60,667 nucleotides of DNA from a virus. How positions within the stretch are numbered: position 1 is the first letter of the stretch; each line of letters opens with the position of its first letter. The notes under the pieces were generated by a model that ran no database searches, was not told the origin of the DNA, and worked only from the letters and a program-made list of their open reading frames with translations. Shown one piece after another: positions 42,657 through 50,085 of the stretch. The stretch lies in the IMG/VR virus record IMGVR_UViG_3300023235_000002; one strand, given 5' to 3'. The position numbers were made by a program, and so were the translations under genes.

Positions 42657-42942
42657 AATCGCAATTCTATCGAACCTTCCTTTTTTTACTTGTTTATTGG
42701 AACCTTCCTTTTATATCATTTGAAACCTGTGTGCGTCTATGTAACTTACACCTTTAGTCCTAGATCTAGGGTACCTAAAAATTACAACCTGTGATTGAAT
42801 CGATTAAACTAGAATCGAAATCGCAATCCTGTCTGAGCCTTGGGGTTTCGTGGTACAGTGCCCAGAGACCACGAGGCAACGTCCAGGGAAGAACAAACCG
42901 TGAAACATTCCGATAACTTTATATTATCGGAAGGTTGTAATA
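42657..42942. promoter_or_regulatory. 286-nt structured non-coding island upstream of terL (hairpins, palindrome, direct repeats; locally GC-enriched)
   Basis: No ORF. GAACCTTCCTTTT x2 (42672, 42700), palindrome CCTAGATCTAGG (42759..42770), hairpins at 42848..42874 and 42908..42932. Confidence 0.6.
42908..42932 (-). terminator. 9-bp perfect hairpin just downstream of the VRR-NUC gene stop (possible terminator or attenuator)
   Basis: TTCCGATAA-7 nt-TTATCGGAA. Followed on the minus strand by TGTTTC, a weak U-tract. Confidence 0.35.
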
Positions 42943-43335
42943 TTATTTATGTATCAGTTCTAGCCATGCATCTTGCACCTGATCCCACGCACCATGCATA
43001 GGGAATTCCCTGTCAGCAATCAAAAGCTTTGGATCTTCAACCACAGATTGTATTCTGTAGAGTTTCAGAGCCCTCTGCAAGAGGGCTCTATTGCAGATAA
43101 TCATAACGCCTCCTCGCATTACATAGGTATTGATCCAGGATACTTGCCACTTAGAAAGCTTCGGATAACTGACGTAATCAGATTTTAACTCACACCAGAA
43201 GCTAACGCCTTTATGTATTCCAAATAGATCAGGGATGCCGTTGATCGTTCTACTTTCTATTCTTGTGAAATGTATATTTGTCAGGTGTTTTTTGAGAGAG
43301 TGCCACAACTTCGTCTCGCTTTTTTGCTCTGCCAT
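42943..43335 (-). CDS. VRR-NUC domain nuclease (PD-(D/E)XK superfamily)
   Basis: INGIPDLFGIHKGVSFWCELKS...KLSKWQVSW matches the VRR-NUC D...ExK...Q pattern. Confidence 0.6.
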   Translation of the reverse strand: MAEQKSETKLWHSLKKHLTNIHFTRIESRTINGIPDLFGIHKGVSFWCELKSDYVSYPKLSKWQVSWINTYVMRGGVMIICNRALLQRALKLYRIQSVVEDPKLLIADREFPMHGAWDQVQDAWLELIHK

Positions 43336-43690
43336 TTTTATTATTTATTCCTTTTTTTATGATAGTCATAAGCTTAGGATTGTCCCGTAAGATTTGACAC
43401 AGTTGATTAGCTAAAACATTTATCACATGTTCTTCTTTGTTGTCATCCTCAAGTGGAGCTCCATCGTCTTTTAACCCACCATACCAAGCCGAGGCGTGCA
43501 GTAATTCATGCATCAATGTGTTAATTAAATCTTTGTCTTCTATGTCGTTGGCTACAGTGATTTTATTACTCCTGCAATCATACTCTCCATAACAATCTTC
43601 CTGGAAGGTCTTACAGGTACTGATATCTATATCTACATCAGCGTAACAAACTTTAATTGTCTTTGGTAGTAATTTTAACAGTTCCGACAT
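43250..43690 (-). CDS. HExxH zinc-metallopeptidase-like protein
   Basis: 146 aa. LINTLMHELLHASAWYGG. Confidence 0.4.
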   Translation of the reverse strand: MSELLKLLPKTIKVCYADVDIDISTCKTFQEDCYGEYDCRSNKITVANDIEDKDLINTLMHELLHASAWYGGLKDDGAPLEDDNKEEHVINVLANQLCQILRDNPKLMTIIKKGINNKNGRAKKRDEVVALSQKTPDKYTFHKNRK

Positions 43691-43737
43691 TAGTTCCTAT
43701 CTTTCCACTGGTTAATAATTCCCAAAACTCATGTTCA

Positions 43738-44253
43738 CTAATCTTCGATCGTTTTTGCTTCGATCGTTTTTGCGTTGTGCCCATCGATTTTTTTCGAGAG
43801 TTCTTGTAATTTCTTTTCAAGTTCAACACGACTCATGCCCTCCAATCCACTTACGGTTAGTTCACGTTTATCAACATACATTCCAGCTAATTGCCCTGAA
43901 CGATACTCGGCGTTAATTGCTGAAGCCCATTGTTTATCCCCCGCAGCGGAATTGGCATAATATTCTAATTTCTTATAACGTCTTAATTTATCTTTCTCAT
44001 AAAAAGCAACGGCCTCTGCTTTTCTTTTATCTAAGTAAGCGACTACATGAGGATTTATTCTTCTGTTAGTAAGCCTGCCTCCAATAGCACTAGCAGAAGC
44101 ATCCGTCATTTCTTTTCCTTCTTCACCGTAAACTTCTTTGACGATGTCTTTTTTATGTTTCTGTCCCCAATGTTCAATAAGCTTATCAACAAATAGTTGT
44201 TGCTTCATGGTTAGGTCATCAATAGTTAAATCTTTTTTTGCTTTTTGTCCCAT
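43738..44253 (-). CDS. terS: Terminase small subunit
   Basis: 171 aa. N-terminal LTMKQQLFVDKLIEHWG (Terminase_2-like). First sizeable gene of the packaging block. Confidence 0.55.
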   Translation of the reverse strand: MGQKAKKDLTIDDLTMKQQLFVDKLIEHWGQKHKKDIVKEVYGEEGKEMTDASASAIGGRLTNRRINPHVVAYLDKRKAEAVAFYEKDKLRRYKKLEYYANSAAGDKQWASAINAEYRSGQLAGMYVDKRELTVSGLEGMSRVELEKKLQELSKKIDGHNAKTIEAKTIED

Positions 44254-44256
44254 TGT

Positions 44257-44409
44257 CTATTGGCAAGATAAACACTCATCCGAATTTTTATCTAATTCTT
44301 CCAGTGTTTGTTTTTTGTTTGGTTTACATTTATCACAAAAGAATTGATTGTCTGTTACAAAAAAATCTTCTGCACACTTACTACATTTACTAGTTTGTGG
44401 TTGCCCCAT
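44257..44409 (-). CDS. Unannotated zinc-ribbon micro-ORF (50 aa, CxxC-x12-CxxC...CxxC)
   Basis: Manual translation: MGQPQTSKCSKCAEDFFVTDNQFFCDKCKPNKKQTLEELDKNSDECLSCQ. TAATG overlap with the upstream gene. Confidence 0.5.
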   Translation of the reverse strand: MGQPQTSKCSKCAEDFFVTDNQFFCDKCKPNKKQTLEELDKNSDECLSCQ

Positions 44410-44720
44410 TATTTAACACCTTTAAATTTTGTACCTTGGATAGCAATACCACCGCCTCTACTAAATTTTTTAGAATAATAGAGCTCAACTCTATCTTTTC
44501 CCAATCTAGCTCCTTTGGCAGTTCCTTTTTCTTCATTGAATTTTTCAAAGCTTATATTAGGACCAAATTCATATTTATCATTTTCTATATCTCTCAAAGA
44601 TATAACCTTCTTTGGTTCAGAGGTATCTATTTTTTTCTGTCTATACAAAGACAATCTTGTTTTTGTAGTAGAGTCAGAAGCAGGATTGATTTTATTTTTC
44701 TTTTTCTTTTTTTCGCTCAT
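44409..44720 (-). CDS. Lys-rich small protein ending in a GIAxQGTxFKG motif
   Basis: 103 aa. C-terminus SRGGGIAIQGTKFKGVK. Confidence 0.5.
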   Translation of the reverse strand: MSEKKKKKNKINPASDSTTKTRLSLYRQKKIDTSEPKKVISLRDIENDKYEFGPNISFEKFNEEKGTAKGARLGKDRVELYYSKKFSRGGGIAIQGTKFKGVK

Positions 44721-44739
44721 ATCAATTAGTTTAAATTCT

Positions 44740-44766
44740 ATTATAGAGATTATACAGGAAATTCAA
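44740..44766 (-). promoter_or_regulatory. Sigma70-like promoter TTGAAT-N15-TATAAT (a second TATAAT lies 3 nt upstream) in front of the packaging/structural operon
   Basis: Minus strand reads TTGAATttcctgTATAATctcTATAAT, about 20 nt upstream of the ATG at 44720. Confidence 0.4.
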
Positions 44767-44828
44767 TACACTTACATAGTCCGTGTAAAATTCGAACGGC
44801 AAGAACGTAGTTAGTCATTATCCCCTTT

Positions 44829-44932
44829 AGAGGTACACTTTTTTGTACCTAGGTACACCAGAGGTACACTACTAAAATAGGCTATAAGTGTTGGTATATA
44901 TAGATAATAGAGCGAGAGGTACAGAGGTACAC
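44829..44932. repeat. Iteron-like array: five direct AGGTACA(C) copies plus one inverted copy (GTACCTAGGTAC palindrome)
   Basis: Copies at 44831, 44851, 44862, 44917 and 44925. Inverted half at 44845..44850. Confidence 0.8.
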
Positions 44933-44996
44933 TAGTTGGACGTATTTTTTTTATGTGTGTTCGGATTCGTACAGAACCTCTATAGGGGAATTTGAA

Positions 44997-45188
44997 TTAT
45001 TGATCTCTACAGATGTATCCAAAGACTGGTTGTCCCTGGTACGTGGTCACTGATCCGTGATTACCGAAATGTCCTTCAAATACCGTCATCTCATCAAATA
45101 ATGCTTCACAGCTAGCACTACCCGACCCACGAACCGTGGTTAAGTCTCCAGAGGCCATAATTAACGCAATAACTACTACTTTAAACAT
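44997..45188 (-). CDS. Small secreted/membrane-anchored protein
   Basis: 63 aa. Hydrophobic N-terminus MFKVVVIALIMASG and two Cys. Confidence 0.45.
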   Translation of the reverse strand: MFKVVVIALIMASGDLTTVRGSGSASCEALFDEMTVFEGHFGNHGSVTTYQGQPVFGYICRDQ

Positions 45189-45307
45189 TTCTTCTTAGCT
45201 AAAGCCTCCATGATTTTACGTTTCATTATAGAAAGACCTGGACTGGCTAAAATATTCTTAATGGTCTCTTCTTTTAGCTTTTTTAGGTCTATCTTTAGTT
45301 TAATCAT
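45176..45307 (-). CDS. Possible unannotated small ORF (43 aa, MIKLKIDLKKLKEETIKNILASPGLSIMKRKIMEALAKKKCLK)
   Basis: Manual translation. The ATG overlaps the methyltransferase stop (ATGATTAA). Confidence 0.3.
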   Translation of the reverse strand: MIKLKIDLKKLKEETIKNILASPGLSIMKRKIMEALAKKKCLK

Positions 45308-46319
45308 TAAACAAACCTAATTCTTTTTCAATTCTATCTTCTGCTATTTTTATATATTCAGGATTAAGTTCTATAAGAATAGCATTACGATTATTAAGAG
45401 CTGCAACAATACCTGTTGTACCACTTCCACCAAAAGGATCTAAGATTGTACCATTCTCTGGACAACCAGCTTTAATACATGGCTCTATTAAGTCTTTAGG
45501 ATAAGTTGCAAAATGTGCGCCTTTAAAAGGTTTGGTAGTTACAGTCCAAACATTTCTTTTATTTCTAGTTGGATTAATCATATATGTTCCATCAGCTTTT
45601 TTATAACCAGAATGATCTACAAAAGAAGTGCCACTACCTCCCATATTTTTATCAAACTTTTTTCTACCCATAGCTTTCATATTGCCATTTGATTTCATAC
45701 CACCATTGGCTCTTGAAGATCCTTCTTGATTATCAATATTTTTTTGCAATAATCTTATTGCAGTTGTATCTGTAATAGGTTCTTTAATAGCCTCTGCATC
45801 ATAATAATATTTTTTAGATTTAGTTATTAACCATATTTTTTCATGGCATGATGTAGGTCTATCTTTAACACTTTCTGGCATGGGATTAGGTTTATGCCAA
45901 ATTATTTCTGATCTAATATACCAACCTGCATCTTGTAAGGCTATGGCAACTCTATTAGGTATCATTAATAAATCTTTTTCTTTAATACCATTTTGTACTG
46001 GGGTTCTAGTTACTCCATATTCTTTATTACCTCTCAAAGATTGATTCGTAGTAGATGTTCTTTTACCACTTGAATAACTATCGCCAACATTCCACCAAAT
46101 TGTAGCTGTATCTTTTAATTTAGGTTTAAAAGTTTCAAAAACCTTAACTGTATTAGCTAAATAATCTTGATAGGTTTTTTCTAAACCAAACTGACCATCA
46201 GCTCCATAATCTCTTAAACCAAAGTAAGGTGGAGAACTAACAACAGAATCAATAGAATTATCTTTTAATTCTTTAATTTTATCTATGCAATTACCATGTA
46301 TTATTTTTATTTTTTTCAT
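45300..46319 (-). CDS. DNA methyltransferase, N4-C/N6-A class (beta architecture: motif IV precedes motif I)
   Basis: DSVVSSPPYFGL (motif IV) and ILDPFGGSGTTG (motif I). No cognate endonuclease is evident. Confidence 0.8.
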   Translation of the reverse strand: MKKIKIIHGNCIDKIKELKDNSIDSVVSSPPYFGLRDYGADGQFGLEKTYQDYLANTVKVFETFKPKLKDTATIWWNVGDSYSSGKRTSTTNQSLRGNKEYGVTRTPVQNGIKEKDLLMIPNRVAIALQDAGWYIRSEIIWHKPNPMPESVKDRPTSCHEKIWLITKSKKYYYDAEAIKEPITDTTAIRLLQKNIDNQEGSSRANGGMKSNGNMKAMGRKKFDKNMGGSGTSFVDHSGYKKADGTYMINPTRNKRNVWTVTTKPFKGAHFATYPKDLIEPCIKAGCPENGTILDPFGGSGTTGIVAALNNRNAILIELNPEYIKIAEDRIEKELGLFND

Positions 46320-46321
46320 AG

Positions 46322-46678
46322 CTACTTACCAAACCGATCCTTGATTAATTGTTTCACTAAAGGATCCCTTTTATTTAAATGATCCGTGCTCCCTTGTTCG
46401 GTCTTCTTCTTTTTTGGTTGTACTTCCTTCAAGGCCACTACCTTAATAAATTCTCTGCAGTGATGAACTGTTTTCCAACGATAGTATTTAGGCAGACTGA
46501 AAAAATGATCTCTAGCCTCTTTCTCATTTAAAAACAAACCATAATGTTTAATTTCTTTTGTGTGTTTCCTGTCGTCCCTTAAGGTAAACTCACGATACTT
46601 CACTACAAATTTAGGTGCACTACGATAGTACTCATAGTCTTTTAATTCTAACAAAGTTGGTTCTGGTAATATGCTCAT
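46322..46678 (-). CDS. Hypothetical protein
   Basis: 118-aa co-oriented ORF. Confidence 0.55.
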   Translation of the reverse strand: MSILPEPTLLELKDYEYYRSAPKFVVKYREFTLRDDRKHTKEIKHYGLFLNEKEARDHFFSLPKYYRWKTVHHCREFIKVVALKEVQPKKKKTEQGSTDHLNKRDPLVKQLIKDRFGK

Positions 46679-46998
46679 TATGCTGCCTCCTTCATTAGTT
46701 CTTCGAAAGAAATTTTATTTTCAGGGAAAGAAAAATCTCTTTCAATCTTTAAGCCCATAGGAAGGGCAAGGTTTTTAAGTTCGTCTATACTGACATAACC
46801 TAATTCTTTTTCATGTAGATCAGCCAAACCAAATGCAACATTAGTATCAGGATTTAATTCCGACAGATACCAAGTACCTAATCCAGCAGGATTAAATAAT
46901 TTAACCACCACTTTAAAATCCTTGGTGCCTCCCTCTTGTTGGTTAAAGTTGTCCACTAACTTTTTATATTGTGCTGCTGTAAACATTTTTTGTTTCAT
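46678..46998 (-). CDS. DUF2958-family protein
   Basis: VVVKLFNPAGLGTWYLSELNPDTNVAFGLADLHEKELGYVSIDELKNL..GLKIERDFSF matches the DUF2958 pattern. Confidence 0.65.
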   Translation of the reverse strand: MKQKMFTAAQYKKLVDNFNQQEGGTKDFKVVVKLFNPAGLGTWYLSELNPDTNVAFGLADLHEKELGYVSIDELKNLALPMGLKIERDFSFPENKISFEELMKEAA

Positions 46999-47183
46999 TA
47001 TACATTCTCCTTTTTATATTGATTAAACATGTCTGTCACTATTTTTTCTTTAGCTTTTAAAATAAAGTCTAATTGTTTTTTGTCTGTAAACAAATCTGGT
47101 TTAGCAGTTGCTAAAGCAATTAGATCTATAAGATTTAGTTTTTTCATGTTGGCTCCTTTTTTTTGGTTAATTGTTTTTTTCAT
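46998..47183 (-). CDS. Hypothetical protein
   Basis: 61 aa. The ATG lies 5 nt downstream of a conserved promoter-like -10 element. Confidence 0.5.
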   Translation of the reverse strand: MKKTINQKKGANMKKLNLIDLIALATAKPDLFTDKKQLDFILKAKEKIVTDMFNQYKKENV

Positions 47184-47187
47184 TCCT

Positions 47188-47224
47188 ATTTATCCCACAT
47201 AATCCCATAGTATACAAGCATTAA
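47188..47224 (-). promoter_or_regulatory. Conserved promoter-like element TTAATGCTTGTAT-N15-GGGATAAAT (P47)
   Basis: Both blocks and the spacing are identical to 50949..50985. Fits TTGTAT-N17-GATAAA. Confidence 0.5.
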
Positions 47225-47254
47225 AAAGCCTTGATTTTCCTTACTTATTTAACC

Positions 47255-47446
47255 TCAGGATGCTTTTTTTAGATAATTATCTATTTTTTCTTTAGATTCT
47301 GATTCGATATCTATCAAAGTTTTGGAGGTATCCATTCTGTATTGGCCTAAGACAAAATCTTTTTTATTTAGTTTTAATACCCAGGGAGATTCTATTCCAT
47401 AAGGTTGGTACATTAATTTAATTTCGTGTCCTTTGTAGGTGGTCAT
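47255..47446 (-). CDS. Hypothetical protein (start moved from the track's 47485 to the internal ATG at 47446)
   Basis: GAAGGAG lies 5 nt upstream of the ATG at 47446. ATGA overlap with the upstream 43-aa ORF. Confidence 0.5.
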   Translation of the reverse strand: MTTYKGHEIKLMYQPYGIESPWVLKLNKKDFVLGQYRMDTSKTLIDIESESKEKIDNYLKKAS

Positions 47447-47574
47447 GTTAACTCCTTCGCATATTGTTGGATTAGTTGATACCATTTATCCGTCCATATT
47501 TTTTTCATTTCAGGGCTCCTGGCGTTGTTCACTGCGTTAGCTAATGCATCTAACTTTTTCATTTTTTCATTCAT
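47443..47574 (-). CDS. Unannotated small ORF (43 aa, MNEKMKKLDALANAVNNARSPEMKKIWTDKWYQLIQQYAKELT)
   Basis: Manual translation. ATGA overlaps at both ends. Confidence 0.45.
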   Translation of the reverse strand: MNEKMKKLDALANAVNNARSPEMKKIWTDKWYQLIQQYAKELT

Positions 47575-47708
47575 TGTTTTTTCTCCTTCTCTAGTTGGTT
47601 TAGTTTGTTATCTAACTCTTTAATATTTTTATTCATTTGTAATAGAATATCTGTGTATGCTATTTTCAATGCTAACAATTGAAGAGTGTCTAAATTGTTA
47701 TAGTCCAT
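47571..47708 (-). CDS. Unannotated small ORF (45 aa, MDYNNLDTLQLLALKIAYTDILLQMNKNIKELDNKLNQLEKEKKQ)
   Basis: Manual translation. TAATG overlap with the stop of 47708..48049. Confidence 0.45.
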   Translation of the reverse strand: MDYNNLDTLQLLALKIAYTDILLQMNKNIKELDNKLNQLEKEKKQ

Positions 47709-48049
47709 TATTTTCCTCCTTGGTTTAGTTTATATGATTTACTCCAATGAGCATCAAAAGAATCAAATTCATTATATTGTTTTTTTGATCTCCGTCTTAA
47801 AAGGTAATTAAGATATTTATATGCTTTGGCAGTTTGATTTATTCTCAGGAACATCTCGTCCCAGTTACCTCTTTTTCTTTTTATACAAAATTGAAATCTT
47901 TCACTCTGTTCTTTATCTTGTTTTTCTAATCGTTCCCATTTTTTACTCAAAGGATTTGTTACTTGCCATTCATATGGTGGCACTTCTTTGACGCTTAGCC
48001 AACGACAGAACTCTCTCATTTCTTTTATTTTAAATAATCTTGTGTTCAT
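47708..48049 (-). CDS. Hypothetical protein
   Basis: 113-aa co-oriented, coupled ORF. Confidence 0.55.
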   Translation of the reverse strand: MNTRLFKIKEMREFCRWLSVKEVPPYEWQVTNPLSKKWERLEKQDKEQSERFQFCIKRKRGNWDEMFLRINQTAKAYKYLNYLLRRRSKKQYNEFDSFDAHWSKSYKLNQGGK

Positions 48050-48357
48050 TATTTTCCTCCTTTTACTTTCATGACTCTGGTTATTTTATTAGGATATCTT
48101 TTTGATTCTTCTACGTCATCAGAAGTTTCAAATGGAACATACCAAATTTTATCTTCAGTTTTTTCTGTAACATCTTCACCTTTAATTATTCTTTTATTTA
48201 ATTTAATTTTGTAACAAGAATAATACTTGTCGTCACAAGTGCCCTTAGTAAGTACCGCTCCTTCTATGTAACAAGTATCTTCTCCAAATTGAGCAAAGTC
48301 ATATGCTCTGATTTGATCTCCTGCATTAGCGATATTTTCAAACATTAGTTCTTTCAT
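48049..48357 (-). CDS. Hypothetical protein
   Basis: 102-aa co-oriented, coupled ORF. Confidence 0.55.
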   Translation of the reverse strand: MKELMFENIANAGDQIRAYDFAQFGEDTCYIEGAVLTKGTCDDKYYSCYKIKLNKRIIKGEDVTEKTEDKIWYVPFETSDDVEESKRYPNKITRVMKVKGGK

Positions 48358-49316
48358 TATTGGTTCTCCTTTAGTTGTTTGTTTTTATTTTTTCTAGCTA
48401 GTGCCACCTCTCTGTAGGTGGCCACTGCTTTCCATACTTTTAACTTTGCTTCTTCTCTATCAATAAACATTTGTTGTCTGTCCACAGCATTATTAAAAAT
48501 TTTGTTTAACTGCTCTAAAGTAACCTTTCCGTACAAGGGACTTTCTAAAAAATATCTTGATTGAAAAGTTCCTATATCCCTGTCATACATTTTATTCGAA
48601 GACATACTTCCAGTCTTTCCTTTGTTATAGTTATCAATTTTTTCTTTAGTCCACTGAAACTGAACACTGTTATAAAAATCAACTGTTTCTTGATTAGGTT
48701 CTTCTTTTTGAATAGTAGCCAGGTCTTCTTTTAAATGTTCTACTAACAATTCTTTTGCTTGAGGGCTTCTTTCGTAAGGAGTTATTTGCGCTCCTGGGCA
48801 AACACCATTTCTGAAACCTTGGCCAACTGTAAAACCGTGATCGTAAATCACACTGTTTTCAATCTCTTGCTCTCTCTCACAGTAACCACAAGTTCCGATG
48901 TCCGTGAGTAGTGCTCTCTGTAATCTTTTTTCTTGATACTCTTCTGTATCTTGCACGGGTCTTTTACCTGACTTGATGTTTTCTTTATTCCACTTCTTTA
49001 AAGTAACATGAATAGTGTCGGACAATGATTGCCAAACTTTTGTTTTATATCTAGTCAACAAAGGAACTTCAACAAGCCATGCTTGTGAATACACATCATC
49101 CGCAATGTAAAAACTGTCGTTCATCATGCCTCTGTAAAACTTTTTTAATCTCTTATATTCTCCGTTATAGATCACGTTTTCTTTTGTACATTTTCTAAAT
49201 AATTTTAAAAAAGATACATTAGTTTTTTTTACTTTATGTAAGTATCTAAGTTGGTTGTCCATGTTTAGTGGTTTAGTTATTGTTCTCATTGTTTCTCCTT
49301 TGTTGTTCATGCCCAT
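48357..49316 (-). CDS. Hypothetical protein (the start may be the third codon, ATG at 49310)
   Basis: 319-aa ORF. A promoter-like element abuts the first ATG. Confidence 0.6.
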   Translation of the reverse strand: MGMNNKGETMRTITKPLNMDNQLRYLHKVKKTNVSFLKLFRKCTKENVIYNGEYKRLKKFYRGMMNDSFYIADDVYSQAWLVEVPLLTRYKTKVWQSLSDTIHVTLKKWNKENIKSGKRPVQDTEEYQEKRLQRALLTDIGTCGYCEREQEIENSVIYDHGFTVGQGFRNGVCPGAQITPYERSPQAKELLVEHLKEDLATIQKEEPNQETVDFYNSVQFQWTKEKIDNYNKGKTGSMSSNKMYDRDIGTFQSRYFLESPLYGKVTLEQLNKIFNNAVDRQQMFIDREEAKLKVWKAVATYREVALARKNKNKQLKENQ

Positions 49317-49345
49317 AATATCTCATTTTATCCCAGTATAGTCAA
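49317..49345 (-). promoter_or_regulatory. Sigma70-like promoter TTGACT-N17-GATATT (P49); the spacer contains GGGATAAAAT
   Basis: Minus strand reads TTGACTatactgggataaaatgaGATATTatgggcATG. Confidence 0.45.
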
Positions 49346-49346
49346 A

Positions 49347-49526
49347 TCATTTTTTTCCTTTGTTTTCAATGGTTTTATGCTCCAGTCCCATGTTATTTAG
49401 GAAAATTTTGGCATGTTTTAGGTTTTGCCAGTAATCATTTTGCCTAACCCATTCTTTAAATGATTCGTTTATTCCTGGGTCTTGGATCTCCACTAGTCCT
49501 GTTTTAATAATCTGAATAACTACCAT
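49347..49526 (-). CDS. Unannotated small ORF (59 aa, MVVIQIIKTGLVEIQDPGINESFKEWVRQNDYWQNLKHAKIF...)
   Basis: Manual translation; one codon below the track cutoff. The start overlaps the end of the upstream gene. Confidence 0.45.
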   Translation of the reverse strand: MVVIQIIKTGLVEIQDPGINESFKEWVRQNDYWQNLKHAKIFLNNMGLEHKTIENKGKK

Positions 49527-49747
49527 TGTTGTTTGTCCTCCATTGCTTCACGTTCATAATCAATCAGTTTGGTTATTTGTTTATCTGAATAATTAAATTT
49601 AGTTTTTAGTTTACTGATCGCATACTGCCTACATTCTTTTGGAGTAGAGCACTCTATCCAAGAATTAAAAAAATAGGCCTTGGTTGGATTGGTTACTGCA
49701 TCTCGTAGTATCTTTACGTAATGATAGACGGCTGGGTTCTTGCTCAT
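49520..49747 (-). CDS. Hypothetical protein
   Basis: 75-aa co-oriented ORF. Confidence 0.5.
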   Translation of the reverse strand: MSKNPAVYHYVKILRDAVTNPTKAYFFNSWIECSTPKECRQYAISKLKTKFNYSDKQITKLIDYEREAMEDKQQW

Positions 49748-50085
49748 GCTTGCTCTCCTCTGGTTAAAGTAAAGTCCGTGATCGGATTAAAAATACACCA
49801 TCCTCCAGACTTCATTAGTTTAAATAAATTATTGTAAGCATATTGAGTTAAAAAGATTTCATCTAGATTATCTTTTGGTGCTAGTACTAATCTCTCTAAA
49901 CTATACCCATACATTATTTCATTTTCGATATCACTTCCTCTATATCTACCCACTACTTGATAGTTAGATTCATTGTTTATTTTAGTTACTACCTCATTTA
50001 GTTCTATTGTTTTTTTATCTTTCATTTTTTGTGTTTTTTCCTTTCTTTTTTTACTTCTCGCTAGTTCCAATTGTTCTATGTTCAT
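49744..50085 (-). CDS. Hypothetical protein
   Basis: 113-aa co-oriented ORF. Confidence 0.55.
   Translation of the reverse strand: MNIEQLELARSKKRKEKTQKMKDKKTIELNEVVTKINNESNYQVVGRYRGSDIENEIMYGYSLERLVLAPKDNLDEIFLTQYAYNNLFKLMKSGGWCIFNPITDFTLTRGEQA

Noticed and set aside
42657-42942. tRNA, tRNA-like element or group I intron in the terL-upstream island (GGTTCGA-like strings and several hairpins)
   Set aside because: I could not fold a cloverleaf with acceptor, D, anticodon and T arms on either strand. The flanking genes (VRR-NUC and terL) both look complete, so there is no split host gene for an intron. The region is kept as an unexplained structured non-coding region
44829-44932. CRISPR-like array
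   Set aside because: The repeats are only 7-10 nt with irregular 0-45-nt spacing, and there are no cas genes. Iterons or operator sites are a better description
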